IMG/VR virus record: IMGVR_UViG_3300004463_000226
Coordinates: 124,001-188,000 of that record
Reading direction: 5' to 3' (one strand)
Length of the DNA: 64,000 nucleotides
The notes under the pieces are model-generated. The model made no database searches. It was not told the DNA's origin and was given only the letters and a program-made list of their open reading frames with translations. The translations under genes and the position numbers were made by a program. This document shows positions 45,523 through 54,617 of this stretch, piece after piece; within the stretch, counting starts at the first letter, position 1, and every line of letters starts with the position of its first letter.

Positions 45523-47736
45523 TTATGATGCATCATCACCAGCAGCCTTTTTCGCCTCTAGAGTCTTCTGTAATTCCACTTTAGCATCCTCAAATACTTT
45601 ATCAGCATTATTCCAAGGAAGCATAGGAAGAATTTCCTTAGCAAGTTTCTTATATAAGATGTCCTTAAATATATTGTCACTATCTGACGGTGAAGCATTT
45701 TCTCCAGTCAATGTCTTAATCATAAATGCAATTACTTGGTCAGCATTACTGATTAGATCAGACATATTAGTTGTATCCAATGCTTTAGGTGCAGCTAATG
45801 AGAAATCAAACTCAGCAATTATTTCAGGAGTTAGAGTTGAAGAATACATTAGAATCTTCTGATACAACTCTGTTATAGATGGATTTAAATCCAACTGATG
45901 GTTTACTATACGGCTGAGGAATTTAGCATTTGCCATTACTAATGTCTTAGCATAATCAGCCTCGTTAATGTAGTTCATGATAACTGATGGTACGCCAGTA
46001 GCATTAATAAATGATGTACGTAACATTTCCATCAAGTCAGTATTCAGCTGAACATCTTGACCCGCTAACACATCAAATTCAATACCACGTTCTCCTGAAC
46101 GACCAATAGGCATGAATACATCTTTAGCCGCACCAACCTTAGTTACCATTGAGTTATAGTTCATTAAATCCATGAAGTTGATATTTTTCTCTTTAATAGA
46201 ACGAGCAACGTCTTGAATTTTATTTGATACGTTATTGTCTAGACCAGATTGTTTTACATAATAAATCTTCTGGTCATTTGATTTAGTGATAATAGTAATC
46301 ATCTTAAAGATTAATAATGCTAGATATAGCTTAGCATAGAATAATGAAGGTAAGATGATAGATGTTCCGTTACCATTTTCATCAGGATTTACTTTAAACT
46401 CAGTAATGTGGTCAACAGGGATAAATTGGAACTTCAACTGCTTGTTATACACATCATTATAGATTAATGAGTTCAGAATAAGATCCTTAAACTTAGCATT
46501 AGTTTCTAAGAACTTTCTATTGAAACTCTTAACAATTTTGTCTGTGATCTTAGATAAGAATGCATTTTCAGCATCTCTAATATCTGTAGACCCAGGGGTT
46601 AATTTGATATTCATACTGAAAGGAGATTTTCTAACCTTTAAATCAGTTTCATGAATATAGTAGTACCCGATAGTTTCATCCAGAACCTTAATAGGAATAA
46701 TCTTTCTAGGGTCAATCAACTTAATATAACACTCTTTAATAGAACTAAAATCATTATCCTTAGAGTTTAAGTCGACAGTTCCGTCAGCAGCCATTAATTT
46801 GGTTTTGGAATTAGATTGTTTGTCCGCAGCAGATACCTTTTTCTGGAACTTAGGAGTATCTAATAGTTCATTTAATTCAGCACCTTCTAATACTGGAATA
46901 CCCATATCTTCATTATATATCTCAATATTTTCAAGTACACCATTAAAAGAACTTGCTACTTCCTTATCAGATATCTTGATATCTACTGGAGTAGATGCTT
47001 TGAAATTTTTAGCAAAATCTACATCAACACTCTCCATAGTAGCTTTGTACTTCATTGCGTCTTTTGCTCTCTTTTCATTATGACGCTGGAATAACTTTGA
47101 GTATGGTACGGTATATACATAGTATCGACCATATTCTAATGTTTTTGGAATGATATGGCTCTGGAGCTTAGTCAATAGATTAAACTGCTTCTCCATGCTT
47201 TCAACCATACCAATGTAACTTTGTTTATCAGCATCTTCCTCTGAGGAATTTTTAAATCTAAGTGTACGAGATACGGCACTTGATAAATCATCTGAAGAAA
47301 TGATAGCATCCCTTGTTGCCATGATAGCTTCATTCAATTCAAATAACTGTGCAGATACTACACTTAAATCCTCAAATAAGATATTCTGATTACGATACCG
47401 CTCTTGAAAGAATGAGAACATATTTCCATTATCGCTTTCAAATATATCCTCAATCGTTTTAATAGGACTTCCTGCATGTTGTTCATTTTCTTGCTGATTA
47501 AAAAGCTTTACGAGGAACGTAGAAACATCATCACCAGTGAACTTAGTTAAACCCTGTATTTCCTGAAAAATTACATCATCTATGTCTTTAGCCATCTGTT
47601 GCAATTCTCTATCTCGTTTATTCGAGTTAGAACCCGATGCACCGTCCAAGAACTTAGTAACTAAATCATTTAATTTTACAAGGGGCTTTTCTACTTTCTT
47701 CACCGATGCTTTTAAATCATTATCCTTTTTAGCCAC
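45523..47736 (-). CDS. portal protein
   Basis: 737 aa; KIYYV, DVFMPIGRSG..IEFDVLAG, ATGVPS patterns as in T4 gp20-like portals; late motif upstream. Confidence 0.8.
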   Translation of the reverse strand: MAKKDNDLKASVKKVEKPLVKLNDLVTKFLDGASGSNSNKRDRELQQMAKDIDDVIFQEIQGLTKFTGDDVSTFLVKLFNQQENEQHAGSPIKTIEDIFESDNGNMFSFFQERYRNQNILFEDLSVVSAQLFELNEAIMATRDAIISSDDLSSAVSRTLRFKNSSEEDADKQSYIGMVESMEKQFNLLTKLQSHIIPKTLEYGRYYVYTVPYSKLFQRHNEKRAKDAMKYKATMESVDVDFAKNFKASTPVDIKISDKEVASSFNGVLENIEIYNEDMGIPVLEGAELNELLDTPKFQKKVSAADKQSNSKTKLMAADGTVDLNSKDNDFSSIKECYIKLIDPRKIIPIKVLDETIGYYYIHETDLKVRKSPFSMNIKLTPGSTDIRDAENAFLSKITDKIVKSFNRKFLETNAKFKDLILNSLIYNDVYNKQLKFQFIPVDHITEFKVNPDENGNGTSIILPSLFYAKLYLALLIFKMITIITKSNDQKIYYVKQSGLDNNVSNKIQDVARSIKEKNINFMDLMNYNSMVTKVGAAKDVFMPIGRSGERGIEFDVLAGQDVQLNTDLMEMLRTSFINATGVPSVIMNYINEADYAKTLVMANAKFLSRIVNHQLDLNPSITELYQKILMYSSTLTPEIIAEFDFSLAAPKALDTTNMSDLISNADQVIAFMIKTLTGENASPSDSDNIFKDILYKKLAKEILPMLPWNNADKVFEDAKVELQKTLEAKKAAGDDAS

Positions 47737-47767
47737 TTTCCTTCACCTGCCCTAGTATATATGTTTT

Positions 47768-47779
47768 TATACAATTGTT
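47768..47779 (-). promoter_or_regulatory. putative late promoter
   Basis: AACAATTGTATA ahead of portal gene. Confidence 0.65.
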
Positions 47780-47803
47780 CAGGTAGCGGAAAACTACAAA
47801 AAA

Positions 47804-47828
47804 AATAGAGAGCTATCAGCTCTCTATT
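47804..47828 (-). terminator. terminator
   Basis: aatagagagct-atc-agctctctatt, A-tract on left. Confidence 0.7.
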
Positions 47829-47835
47829 CACTTTG

Positions 47836-48168
47836 TCAAATGTATATAGTTTCTTCAACAACTAGATCATCGTCATCATCACGCAAGTATTGTGATGGAT
47901 TTTCAAAGAACTTCTTCTTGAACTCTTTAACTTCAGCATAGTTCTTAAAGAATAATTCCTTAACAGGTTTAAAGAAATGATGATGATAGTTAAACCTATG
48001 ACGACATATCTTAAATGTAACTGCTCCGTATACATGAAATCCATGGTCTGGGTGATTATAAGCATTGAATCCACCATTTTTACCTGGAACCAATGGGTAG
48101 AATTCTCCTATTTTAAACTTACCCTCTATAGGTAAATCAATACATTGACCAATCTCAACTTTAATCAT
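47836..48168 (-). CDS. hypothetical protein
   Basis: ORF with SD GGAGGG. Confidence 0.7.
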   Translation of the reverse strand: MIKVEIGQCIDLPIEGKFKIGEFYPLVPGKNGGFNAYNHPDHGFHVYGAVTFKICRHRFNYHHHFFKPVKELFFKNYAEVKEFKKKFFENPSQYLRDDDDDLVVEETIYI

Positions 48169-48186
48169 TTATATCCCTCCTTTTAA

Positions 48187-48606
48187 TTACATGAATCTTC
48201 TATCGAATTCAAATCTTAGCTTTTGTCCTGTGTTATTCTCAGGATGAACTTCTACATTCTCAAAGAATCTACTAGCGAACCGAGAATATTTCTTTCCATC
48301 TTTTAAACTTTCATATGATATGCGTGTCATCTGGGTCTCTTCATCAGTTTGTTTATCATAAACCAGATATTCATCACCTTCTTTATAGTGACGGTATATA
48401 CCATATCTAACCTCAGGTTCTGGAAGTTCATATGTTTCACCAATGAACTCACTAAGTTTACGATGTAAGTTCAATACATCGTGTCTTTCATTTAGCATTA
48501 AAGCATAAACCATGTTACCACTAATAGGATCTCTATCAAGAATATTGGCTCCACATTCAGAATCCTTACTATTTCTCATAATTTTAATCTCTTTCATTGT
48601 CATCAT
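48187..48606 (-). CDS. DUF1653 (SH3-like) domain protein
   Basis: GIYRHYKEGDEYLV...EET...Y.SL...SRF...F...RF. Confidence 0.7.
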   Translation of the reverse strand: MMTMKEIKIMRNSKDSECGANILDRDPISGNMVYALMLNERHDVLNLHRKLSEFIGETYELPEPEVRYGIYRHYKEGDEYLVYDKQTDEETQMTRISYESLKDGKKYSRFASRFFENVEVHPENNTGQKLRFEFDRRFM

Positions 48607-48896
48607 TCTCCTTTAAAATAATTATCAATTAATGTTTTAACCTCTGGGAATAACTCACAAAACTCATCAACAGTAAGTCTATCTTTTAATAATGAAATAC
48701 TTGCATTCAACTCTACTTCTACTGAAACACCTTCTACACCAGATATCTTTAACTCATCTTTCTTAAATTTCTCACTCTGAAAATGTTTAGCCTCTTCCAT
48801 AGAAGTGACAACATGTCTTTCAGTACTTTCCCAATCATCACCATACGTTGTCACGTATATAACATGAACTTCTTTCATTTTAGTCATAATTATCAA
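48603..48896 (-). CDS. hypothetical protein
   Basis: ATGA-coupled ORF. Confidence 0.7.
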   Translation of the reverse strand: MIIMTKMKEVHVIYVTTYGDDWESTERHVVTSMEEAKHFQSEKFKKDELKISGVEGVSVEVELNASISLLKDRLTVDEFCELFPEVKTLIDNYFKGE

Positions 48897-49279
48897 TCCC
48901 TTAATGTTATTGGATAAAACTTATCTGGAACTACTTGTGGTTTAGGTAAAGGAGACAGATAAACTCTATAAGCTGTCTCTTCACCAACTGAAAAAACATC
49001 CCTTCCCATAGAACCTAAACATTGAAAGTGTTTATCAAAAGCAGTATCCCCAGATATATAAAATACTGGTTTATTGTATATAACTCTTCTTTCATGAAGA
49101 ATATACTCAGCTGTACAGTTTTCTCTAGGAATTTCAACATTAAATTTCTCTCTAATATTAGAAATAGCCCTCAAGACAACTTCAGCTTCTCTAATCTTTA
49201 TATGAGGATCTTGTCTGTTAAGATATTCTTGATAACCGTACATATTATCCTCCTTAGAATTTAATACATGTATATACAT
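48893..49279 (-). CDS. hypothetical protein
   Basis: ORF in operon; start may be downstream (MYGYQE). Confidence 0.65.
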   Translation of the reverse strand: MYIHVLNSKEDNMYGYQEYLNRQDPHIKIREAEVVLRAISNIREKFNVEIPRENCTAEYILHERRVIYNKPVFYISGDTAFDKHFQCLGSMGRDVFSVGEETAYRVYLSPLPKPQVVPDKFYPITLRD

Positions 49280-49904
49280 GAAAATTTGTTACGTCATCCT
49301 TAGTAATAGATATCATGGTTTCAAATAGATTAGGGTCATCTATATCCAAGATTGTTACACTCATAGGTAAACCAACTTTAATATGTGGAAATAATGCCTT
49401 TGTTAATCTAACACGTTTATCGCCTTCACCAAATGTAAGTATTTCGTTGTTGATCAACTTCTGGATATCTTCGTCAGTCAATAATTTTTCCGACTTCTTA
49501 GTGATACGGTCTACGATAACTCTATATGTATCTTTAAACGCATCAGTCATTTTAACATATCTACCAATAGGAAAATCTATCATATCTCCTGAGATAAATA
49601 TACCATTATCATTAAATTTTAGATACTTGATAATCTTCTTGTTATCTCTAATGGTAACAAATACATCTTGAGAATTTAGCATCAGAGCATAACCTTCTGG
49701 TATACTAAATAATTTGAGAAGGTCATCTATCTGATTAGTATATGAGAAATGTAATCCCATCTCCATAGCTAAACCATTATCATCTGTGAATATAACACCA
49801 TTACGAACAACAAAGTAGCGAAGAAAAGACTTCTTCACTACTTGATTGATTGTATTTAGAACTTTAAGTTGTTTACTAACAACAGGTATTAATTGTTGCT
49901 CCAT
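49254..49904 (-). CDS. hypothetical protein coupled to the DNA polymerase gene; possible sliding-clamp fold
   Basis: TAATG overlap; alternating helix/strand pattern reminiscent of T4 gp45. Confidence 0.7.
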   Translation of the reverse strand: MEQQLIPVVSKQLKVLNTINQVVKKSFLRYFVVRNGVIFTDDNGLAMEMGLHFSYTNQIDDLLKLFSIPEGYALMLNSQDVFVTIRDNKKIIKYLKFNDNGIFISGDMIDFPIGRYVKMTDAFKDTYRVIVDRITKKSEKLLTDEDIQKLINNEILTFGEGDKRVRLTKALFPHIKVGLPMSVTILDIDDPNLFETMISITKDDVTNFHVYTCIKF

Positions 49905-51730
49905 TACATTACCTCCCCAAGGTCAATAATAAGTGGTTCGGCAAACCATTTATTAACATCTTCTTTACTTAATACTACACGCTTACGTTTGTTCATCTTG
50001 AACTTATTACGAAGCATATCGTTAAGTTCAACAACATTTGGCATTCCAAACCACTTAGTTGCCATGTTAGCTACATTGCCTGTAAGTAGGTTATCAACGA
50101 AGTCTTTACCAGCGTCTTCAACTTTACCTTTCTTATCAGCCACAGCATTTTTCATAGCTTCTTGGATATTTCCACCAATGATTAGTTTCCCTACCATACA
50201 GTTTGGAGCAATGTTGAATGCAATAATGATATGAGGATACATTGCTGAGAAGTCCATGTCAACGACATTATCAAAGATATACATACTTGGATTACCGAAT
50301 ACAGGTATACCCATGAAGTCGTTTAACTTTGGATCTGCTACTAATGCACCATCAAACTTTTCATCTTCATCATCTTCCTCATTATCCGCTTGATAATCTA
50401 GTCCATAGTCTAGATTGATGTTGTTACCAATGATTAAACCTTGCTTATAATACTCAATATAAGCTCGGTTCTTTAAGAAGACAGTCTGCTTAAATATTTT
50501 GTGATACACTGTTGCATTTGAATAAGCACGTTGATATACGTTATCAATATCAGATGTCTTTCTTTCAATTCCTAACTGTAGAAGAACGTCTTTTATATTG
50601 TACATGACGAACTTCTTATAGTCTTTATAAGGCAATGTCTGGATATTAGCATCTTCACTATAGTCCAGCTTTTCATCACCAATCTCTTTCTTTGCTACTG
50701 CATTTAAGGCATAGGAACGTAGTTCTCCGCCACCTTTACGTAAACCCGCATAGAGTAACATTTGGTCTAGATATGCTGTATAAGAAGAAATCATAAAGTA
50801 ATCTGATTTATTCTCAACTTTAAAGTTCCTAGAGTCTTTTTTATAAAATAAGGACTTAACTTTAAAATCCTTATGGCACATGATGTTAACAGGATCTAAT
50901 CCTAAAGCTTTAATCCGTGCAATAATGTACGGAATATCGAACGCCATGTTCCAGATCATTATAAAGTCACGTTTCAGAGTATTGATCAATTTGAACATGT
51001 CTCTTATTAAATCGGGTTCATCATCATACATATAGAATCTATATTCGAGTGTACCATATGTTTCATCAAAGGCTTCATGTAATTCTTCAATGAACTCATC
51101 TATAGTATCTTCAAATTCTTGAATCTGTGGATTATTAGGATTACGTAATAAGAACGTATAAGATACCATATCCTCTTCATCCACAATTGTAACTGCATTA
51201 ATAGGACATTCACCATCTTTAGGGAAACCTTCAATACCTATAGAATCGACCTCTATATCTAGGTACTGCTTAGTTATAGGTTTCTCCTTATCATTATGAT
51301 TGTGTAAGAACCATTGTATTCGATACCAGTTATCGATATCATAATCTGAGCCGAAGACATTCTTATACTTATGAATGTTACTTATAGCTCTAAAGTTTTT
51401 ACTCTGTTTCATCTTATTGATGAATTGCACATAGTTAGGTCCTGCTTGATCTGCTATATAGTACGGTAAATTTCTAAATGTGTACTTATGCATCTCAGCA
51501 TTTTCAATTTCGATAAATGTGCGGTTATACTTATTATTGATTGCATTTTCTTTTGCAAAATAGAATTCCATCTCAGGTGATTCGATTGTTTCTAAGTGCT
51601 TTTCCCCTGTCCTGAGATCTTTATATATAATATCTAGGAAATCTTTATAACCTGTGCCCTTGTTAGGTCTATGATAAATTGTATTCACAAGCATCAGATT
51701 TTCCTTATCTAAGTGTGGTAAGATTCTCAC
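49904..51730 (-). CDS. family B DNA polymerase, N-terminal subunit (3'-5' exonuclease + motif A)
   Basis: ExoI YLDIEVD, ExoII WNMAFD, ExoIII YNIKD, motif A DMDFSAMYP. Confidence 0.92.
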   Translation of the reverse strand: MRILPHLDKENLMLVNTIYHRPNKGTGYKDFLDIIYKDLRTGEKHLETIESPEMEFYFAKENAINNKYNRTFIEIENAEMHKYTFRNLPYYIADQAGPNYVQFINKMKQSKNFRAISNIHKYKNVFGSDYDIDNWYRIQWFLHNHNDKEKPITKQYLDIEVDSIGIEGFPKDGECPINAVTIVDEEDMVSYTFLLRNPNNPQIQEFEDTIDEFIEELHEAFDETYGTLEYRFYMYDDEPDLIRDMFKLINTLKRDFIMIWNMAFDIPYIIARIKALGLDPVNIMCHKDFKVKSLFYKKDSRNFKVENKSDYFMISSYTAYLDQMLLYAGLRKGGGELRSYALNAVAKKEIGDEKLDYSEDANIQTLPYKDYKKFVMYNIKDVLLQLGIERKTSDIDNVYQRAYSNATVYHKIFKQTVFLKNRAYIEYYKQGLIIGNNINLDYGLDYQADNEEDDEDEKFDGALVADPKLNDFMGIPVFGNPSMYIFDNVVDMDFSAMYPHIIIAFNIAPNCMVGKLIIGGNIQEAMKNAVADKKGKVEDAGKDFVDNLLTGNVANMATKWFGMPNVVELNDMLRNKFKMNKRKRVVLSKEDVNKWFAEPLIIDLGEVM

Positions 51731-51802
51731 ATTTTCACTCCCTTTCTTCTTATATTTGTGTTGATTGATTTATAAAAAACCAATTTGATCGATTCCATAC
51801 TA

Positions 51803-51812
51803 ATAATATATA
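51803..51812 (-). promoter_or_regulatory. putative early promoter motif
   Basis: Ahead of polymerase N-subunit. Confidence 0.7.
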
Positions 51813-51844
51813 TTTTTAATTAAGGTATAATTTAGTATATAAAA

Positions 51845-51856
51845 AACACATACTTA
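51845..51856 (+). promoter_or_regulatory. putative late promoter
   Basis: AACACATACTTA. Confidence 0.65.
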
Positions 51857-51885
51857 AGATAAGTTAAAGAGAGGAGTTGGGTAGA

Positions 51886-53022
51886 ATGACTATGTATGTA
51901 AACATTGATCTTCCTATCGAACGAGGGAGTTTGATTAGTGAGATCAAATCTCTTCCTAAGATTACTGCTCCACCTAAAAAGAAGAAAGAAATATTCGATG
52001 AAGGTGAACCGTTGTTATTAACAGCGGTTGGTAAGAAAGGGAAGAAAGATAAAGGTAAGAAGAAGAAAAAAAATCAAATGGGTGAAGGTCTCAGCTTCAT
52101 GGGTCTTAATGATGCTGATGTTACTACTGAGGATACGTATGAAGAATATGATGAATCAGATGACAAACTCATTGATATTGAAGCTCTTCTGAATCGTGAT
52201 GACGAAGAGGATGAGGTCGGAGGAATCATTGATGAACAGAAGCGTAGTTACGAGAAACGTAAAAAGGATGAGAATCCTTTTAAGAAAGAATTCGCTGAAG
52301 AACTAACTCTCTTATATGATTTACTTGATGATTTAAATAAGTTTAATAAGGAACTTGACAAGAAGTATAAGACTATGGAAAGTAGTAAAGTTCGTGGAGT
52401 TAGTAAGTATACTAATGACATGATTATCAATATACTTAATGCTAAGACTAGCAAACTTCAAGTTATCAAGGAGATTAACAGCCTTAAGAAAGTTATTGCT
52501 GACCTTAAGATTAAGATGGATGGTAAGAAAGGTGGGGCTGAAGGTGGTGTTGAAAGCACTGATGCATTGGCTACTAAGTATTTCCAAAACATCCTTAAGT
52601 TCGGTCGTAACAATTTCGTTAAGGAGTTTGGTAATGATGACAATGATGGTGATGCTATCACTGATTTAGTTGCTCGAATTGAGCAGAATAAAATGGGATA
52701 TAGTCCAGATGAAGATGAAAGTTTTCATGATCTAATCCAAGAAAGATTAGAGAGCGAAGATAACCCGTTCCGTTCAGAAGCAGGATCTAAATATATCCAG
52801 TATGAAAACCTCGGTGTAAAGATTCAAATAAAAAAATGTATTGATAATGGTGAATGGGAGTTTGTTGCTGTTGACCGTGACAATATGGAAGTACATGGAT
52901 ATCCTTTACCTCGCAAACGTGATGTTGGTAAAGTAAAATTCAATGATGGCTATGCTACTGATGAAAGGGGACGTAGTTATAAAGTAATTGAGTTTTATCT
53001 ACCAGATGATTACGAAGATTAA
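51886..53022 (+). CDS. late hypothetical protein (K-rich and D/E-rich tracts, coiled coil)
   Basis: ORF after late motif, SD GAGGAG, terminator downstream. Confidence 0.8.
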   Translation: MTMYVNIDLPIERGSLISEIKSLPKITAPPKKKKEIFDEGEPLLLTAVGKKGKKDKGKKKKKNQMGEGLSFMGLNDADVTTEDTYEEYDESDDKLIDIEALLNRDDEEDEVGGIIDEQKRSYEKRKKDENPFKKEFAEELTLLYDLLDDLNKFNKELDKKYKTMESSKVRGVSKYTNDMIINILNAKTSKLQVIKEINSLKKVIADLKIKMDGKKGGAEGGVESTDALATKYFQNILKFGRNNFVKEFGNDDNDGDAITDLVARIEQNKMGYSPDEDESFHDLIQERLESEDNPFRSEAGSKYIQYENLGVKIQIKKCIDNGEWEFVAVDRDNMEVHGYPLPRKRDVGKVKFNDGYATDERGRSYKVIEFYLPDDYED

Positions 53023-53030
53023 TATAAAAA

Positions 53031-53062
53031 AATAGATACCTGCGATTTAGCAGGTATCTATT
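53031..53062. terminator. bidirectional terminator
   Basis: aatagatacctgc-gattta-gcaggtatctatt. Confidence 0.8.
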
Positions 53063-53064
53063 TC

Positions 53065-53478
53065 TTATTTCGTTGCAAACTCATTAGATATCTTTTGAAA
53101 AGGTTCTGTAAATTCTTCACGCATCTTTTTTCTAGATGCTTCTTTTATAGTAAGGATATTTTCCTTACTATATTTTTCAATCTTCTCATAATACATTATA
53201 TTTAACTCTACAATTTCATTACTTAATTCATTAAGTAATTGAAGTATCTGCGCTGATGTTTCTGCTTCTTCTAATAGCTGTATAATACTGAGTATCGAAC
53301 TTGTAAAAGTTGAGTCACCGATCGGGTCGTCACTACCAATAAATTCCCTTAGACGTGCACTCATTTCTAAGAATCTAGGGAATCTTTCTTTAATTTCATT
53401 GGGTGAATATTTCAGAATAATAATACCCTTTTCAGCTAAATGTGGTTCTAATACCTCTATCAATTCATCCATATTCAT
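53065..53478 (-). CDS. hypothetical helical protein
   Basis: ORF with SD GGGAG. Confidence 0.7.
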   Translation of the reverse strand: MNMDELIEVLEPHLAEKGIIILKYSPNEIKERFPRFLEMSARLREFIGSDDPIGDSTFTSSILSIIQLLEEAETSAQILQLLNELSNEIVELNIMYYEKIEKYSKENILTIKEASRKKMREEFTEPFQKISNEFATK

Positions 53479-53501
53479 ATTAACAGCTCCCTTAAATATA
53501 T

Positions 53502-53948
53502 TTATCTTTTAAAACTTTTAAATACGCTTTCAGCAATGATATCAATAGCAGCATGACATTTTAAAAACTCACCATGTATTTCAACCTTTGTTTTATCCGT
53601 AGCCTCAGACGATAATCCTTCTGCTTTAGACATGTATTCACCAATAGCATCAATATATGTTGATTGTAGGCATTTATATATTTTGCTAAGCTCACGATGA
53701 TTTCTTACGTTCTGACAAGCTCGCATTGTATTTACTACCACCAAAGGAATATTAAAGTTATAATCATCAGGAACAAGTTCTTCCCTAGGATCAAGTATAT
53801 TCTGTATAGCCATAAATCTATCATTCAATGCAGCAAACATTGGAAACATCTGTCTGATATGAATATTTGTTAAAGGTATAATAGCCTTTCCATATTTCAC
53901 TCTCATTTGCTCAAACAGTAATTCCATCGCATAAGTCTCTTTATTCAT
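53502..53948 (-). CDS. hypothetical early helical protein
   Basis: ORF, early motif 53995-54004. Confidence 0.7.
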   Translation of the reverse strand: MNKETYAMELLFEQMRVKYGKAIIPLTNIHIRQMFPMFAALNDRFMAIQNILDPREELVPDDYNFNIPLVVVNTMRACQNVRNHRELSKIYKCLQSTYIDAIGEYMSKAEGLSSEATDKTKVEIHGEFLKCHAAIDIIAESVFKSFKR

Positions 53949-53994
53949 TTTTTTACCTCTCCCTTATTATTGATTATTTATATTACTCGATATT

Positions 53995-54004
53995 ATAATA
54001 TATA
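53995..54004 (-). promoter_or_regulatory. putative early promoter motif
   Basis: Intergenic, ahead of 53502-53948. Confidence 0.7.
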
Positions 54005-54033
54005 ATTTTTGATATTAAAAATACGAAAAAAAT

Positions 54034-54055
54034 AACTAGGACCGAAGTCCTAGTT
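54034..54055 (-). terminator. terminator after dCMP deaminase
   Basis: aactaggac-cgaa-gtcctagtt. Confidence 0.75.
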
Positions 54056-54057
54056 TA

Positions 54058-54606
54058 TTAATAATCTAACGTACGTAATGAAGAACTCTTTGGTCTCTTA
54101 GGAGGTTTATTATTGATAATTTTATGCGCCCTAAGAGAGTCTGCATTAGAAACACTACCCCATTCAATTCTTATATGTCTTCCGAAGAATTGTCTTAAAT
54201 GCATTCCAATATGGAAGTCATTTTCATATCTGTGCGGGTAGAAATTATCATATACAACTTCTTTAACTCCAGCCTGATTCAACTCTTTCATACAATCAGG
54301 ACAAGGATAGTGAGTAACATATGCCATAGCCCCTTCTACTGATATACCGAGTTTTGCACACATAAGCAGTGCATTCTTTTCAGCATGGATAGTTCTTTTA
54401 CATCCAATACGTCCATTTTCTTCAACTTCTAAATGTCCTATCTCATCACAGTGTGCAGCTCCCGATATACTTCCATTATAACCTTCAGCGATAATTCTGT
54501 TATTCTTTACAAATACACATCCGACATGTAGCCTGTCACAGGTCGATCTTTCTGATAGCAGATGAGCATTAGCCATATAATACTCATCAAATGTAGGTCT
54601 AGTCAT
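54058..54606 (-). CDS. dCMP deaminase (ComEB-like)
   Basis: HAEKNA and PCPDC zinc motifs; STCDRLHVG. Confidence 0.92.
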   Translation of the reverse strand: MTRPTFDEYYMANAHLLSERSTCDRLHVGCVFVKNNRIIAEGYNGSISGAAHCDEIGHLEVEENGRIGCKRTIHAEKNALLMCAKLGISVEGAMAYVTHYPCPDCMKELNQAGVKEVVYDNFYPHRYENDFHIGMHLRQFFGRHIRIEWGSVSNADSLRAHKIINNKPPKRPKSSSLRTLDY

Positions 54607-54617
54607 TTATTCTCCTC

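Noticed and set aside
51886-53022. Small terminase subunit
   Set aside because: Late coiled-coil protein but no recognisable motif; too large for a confident call
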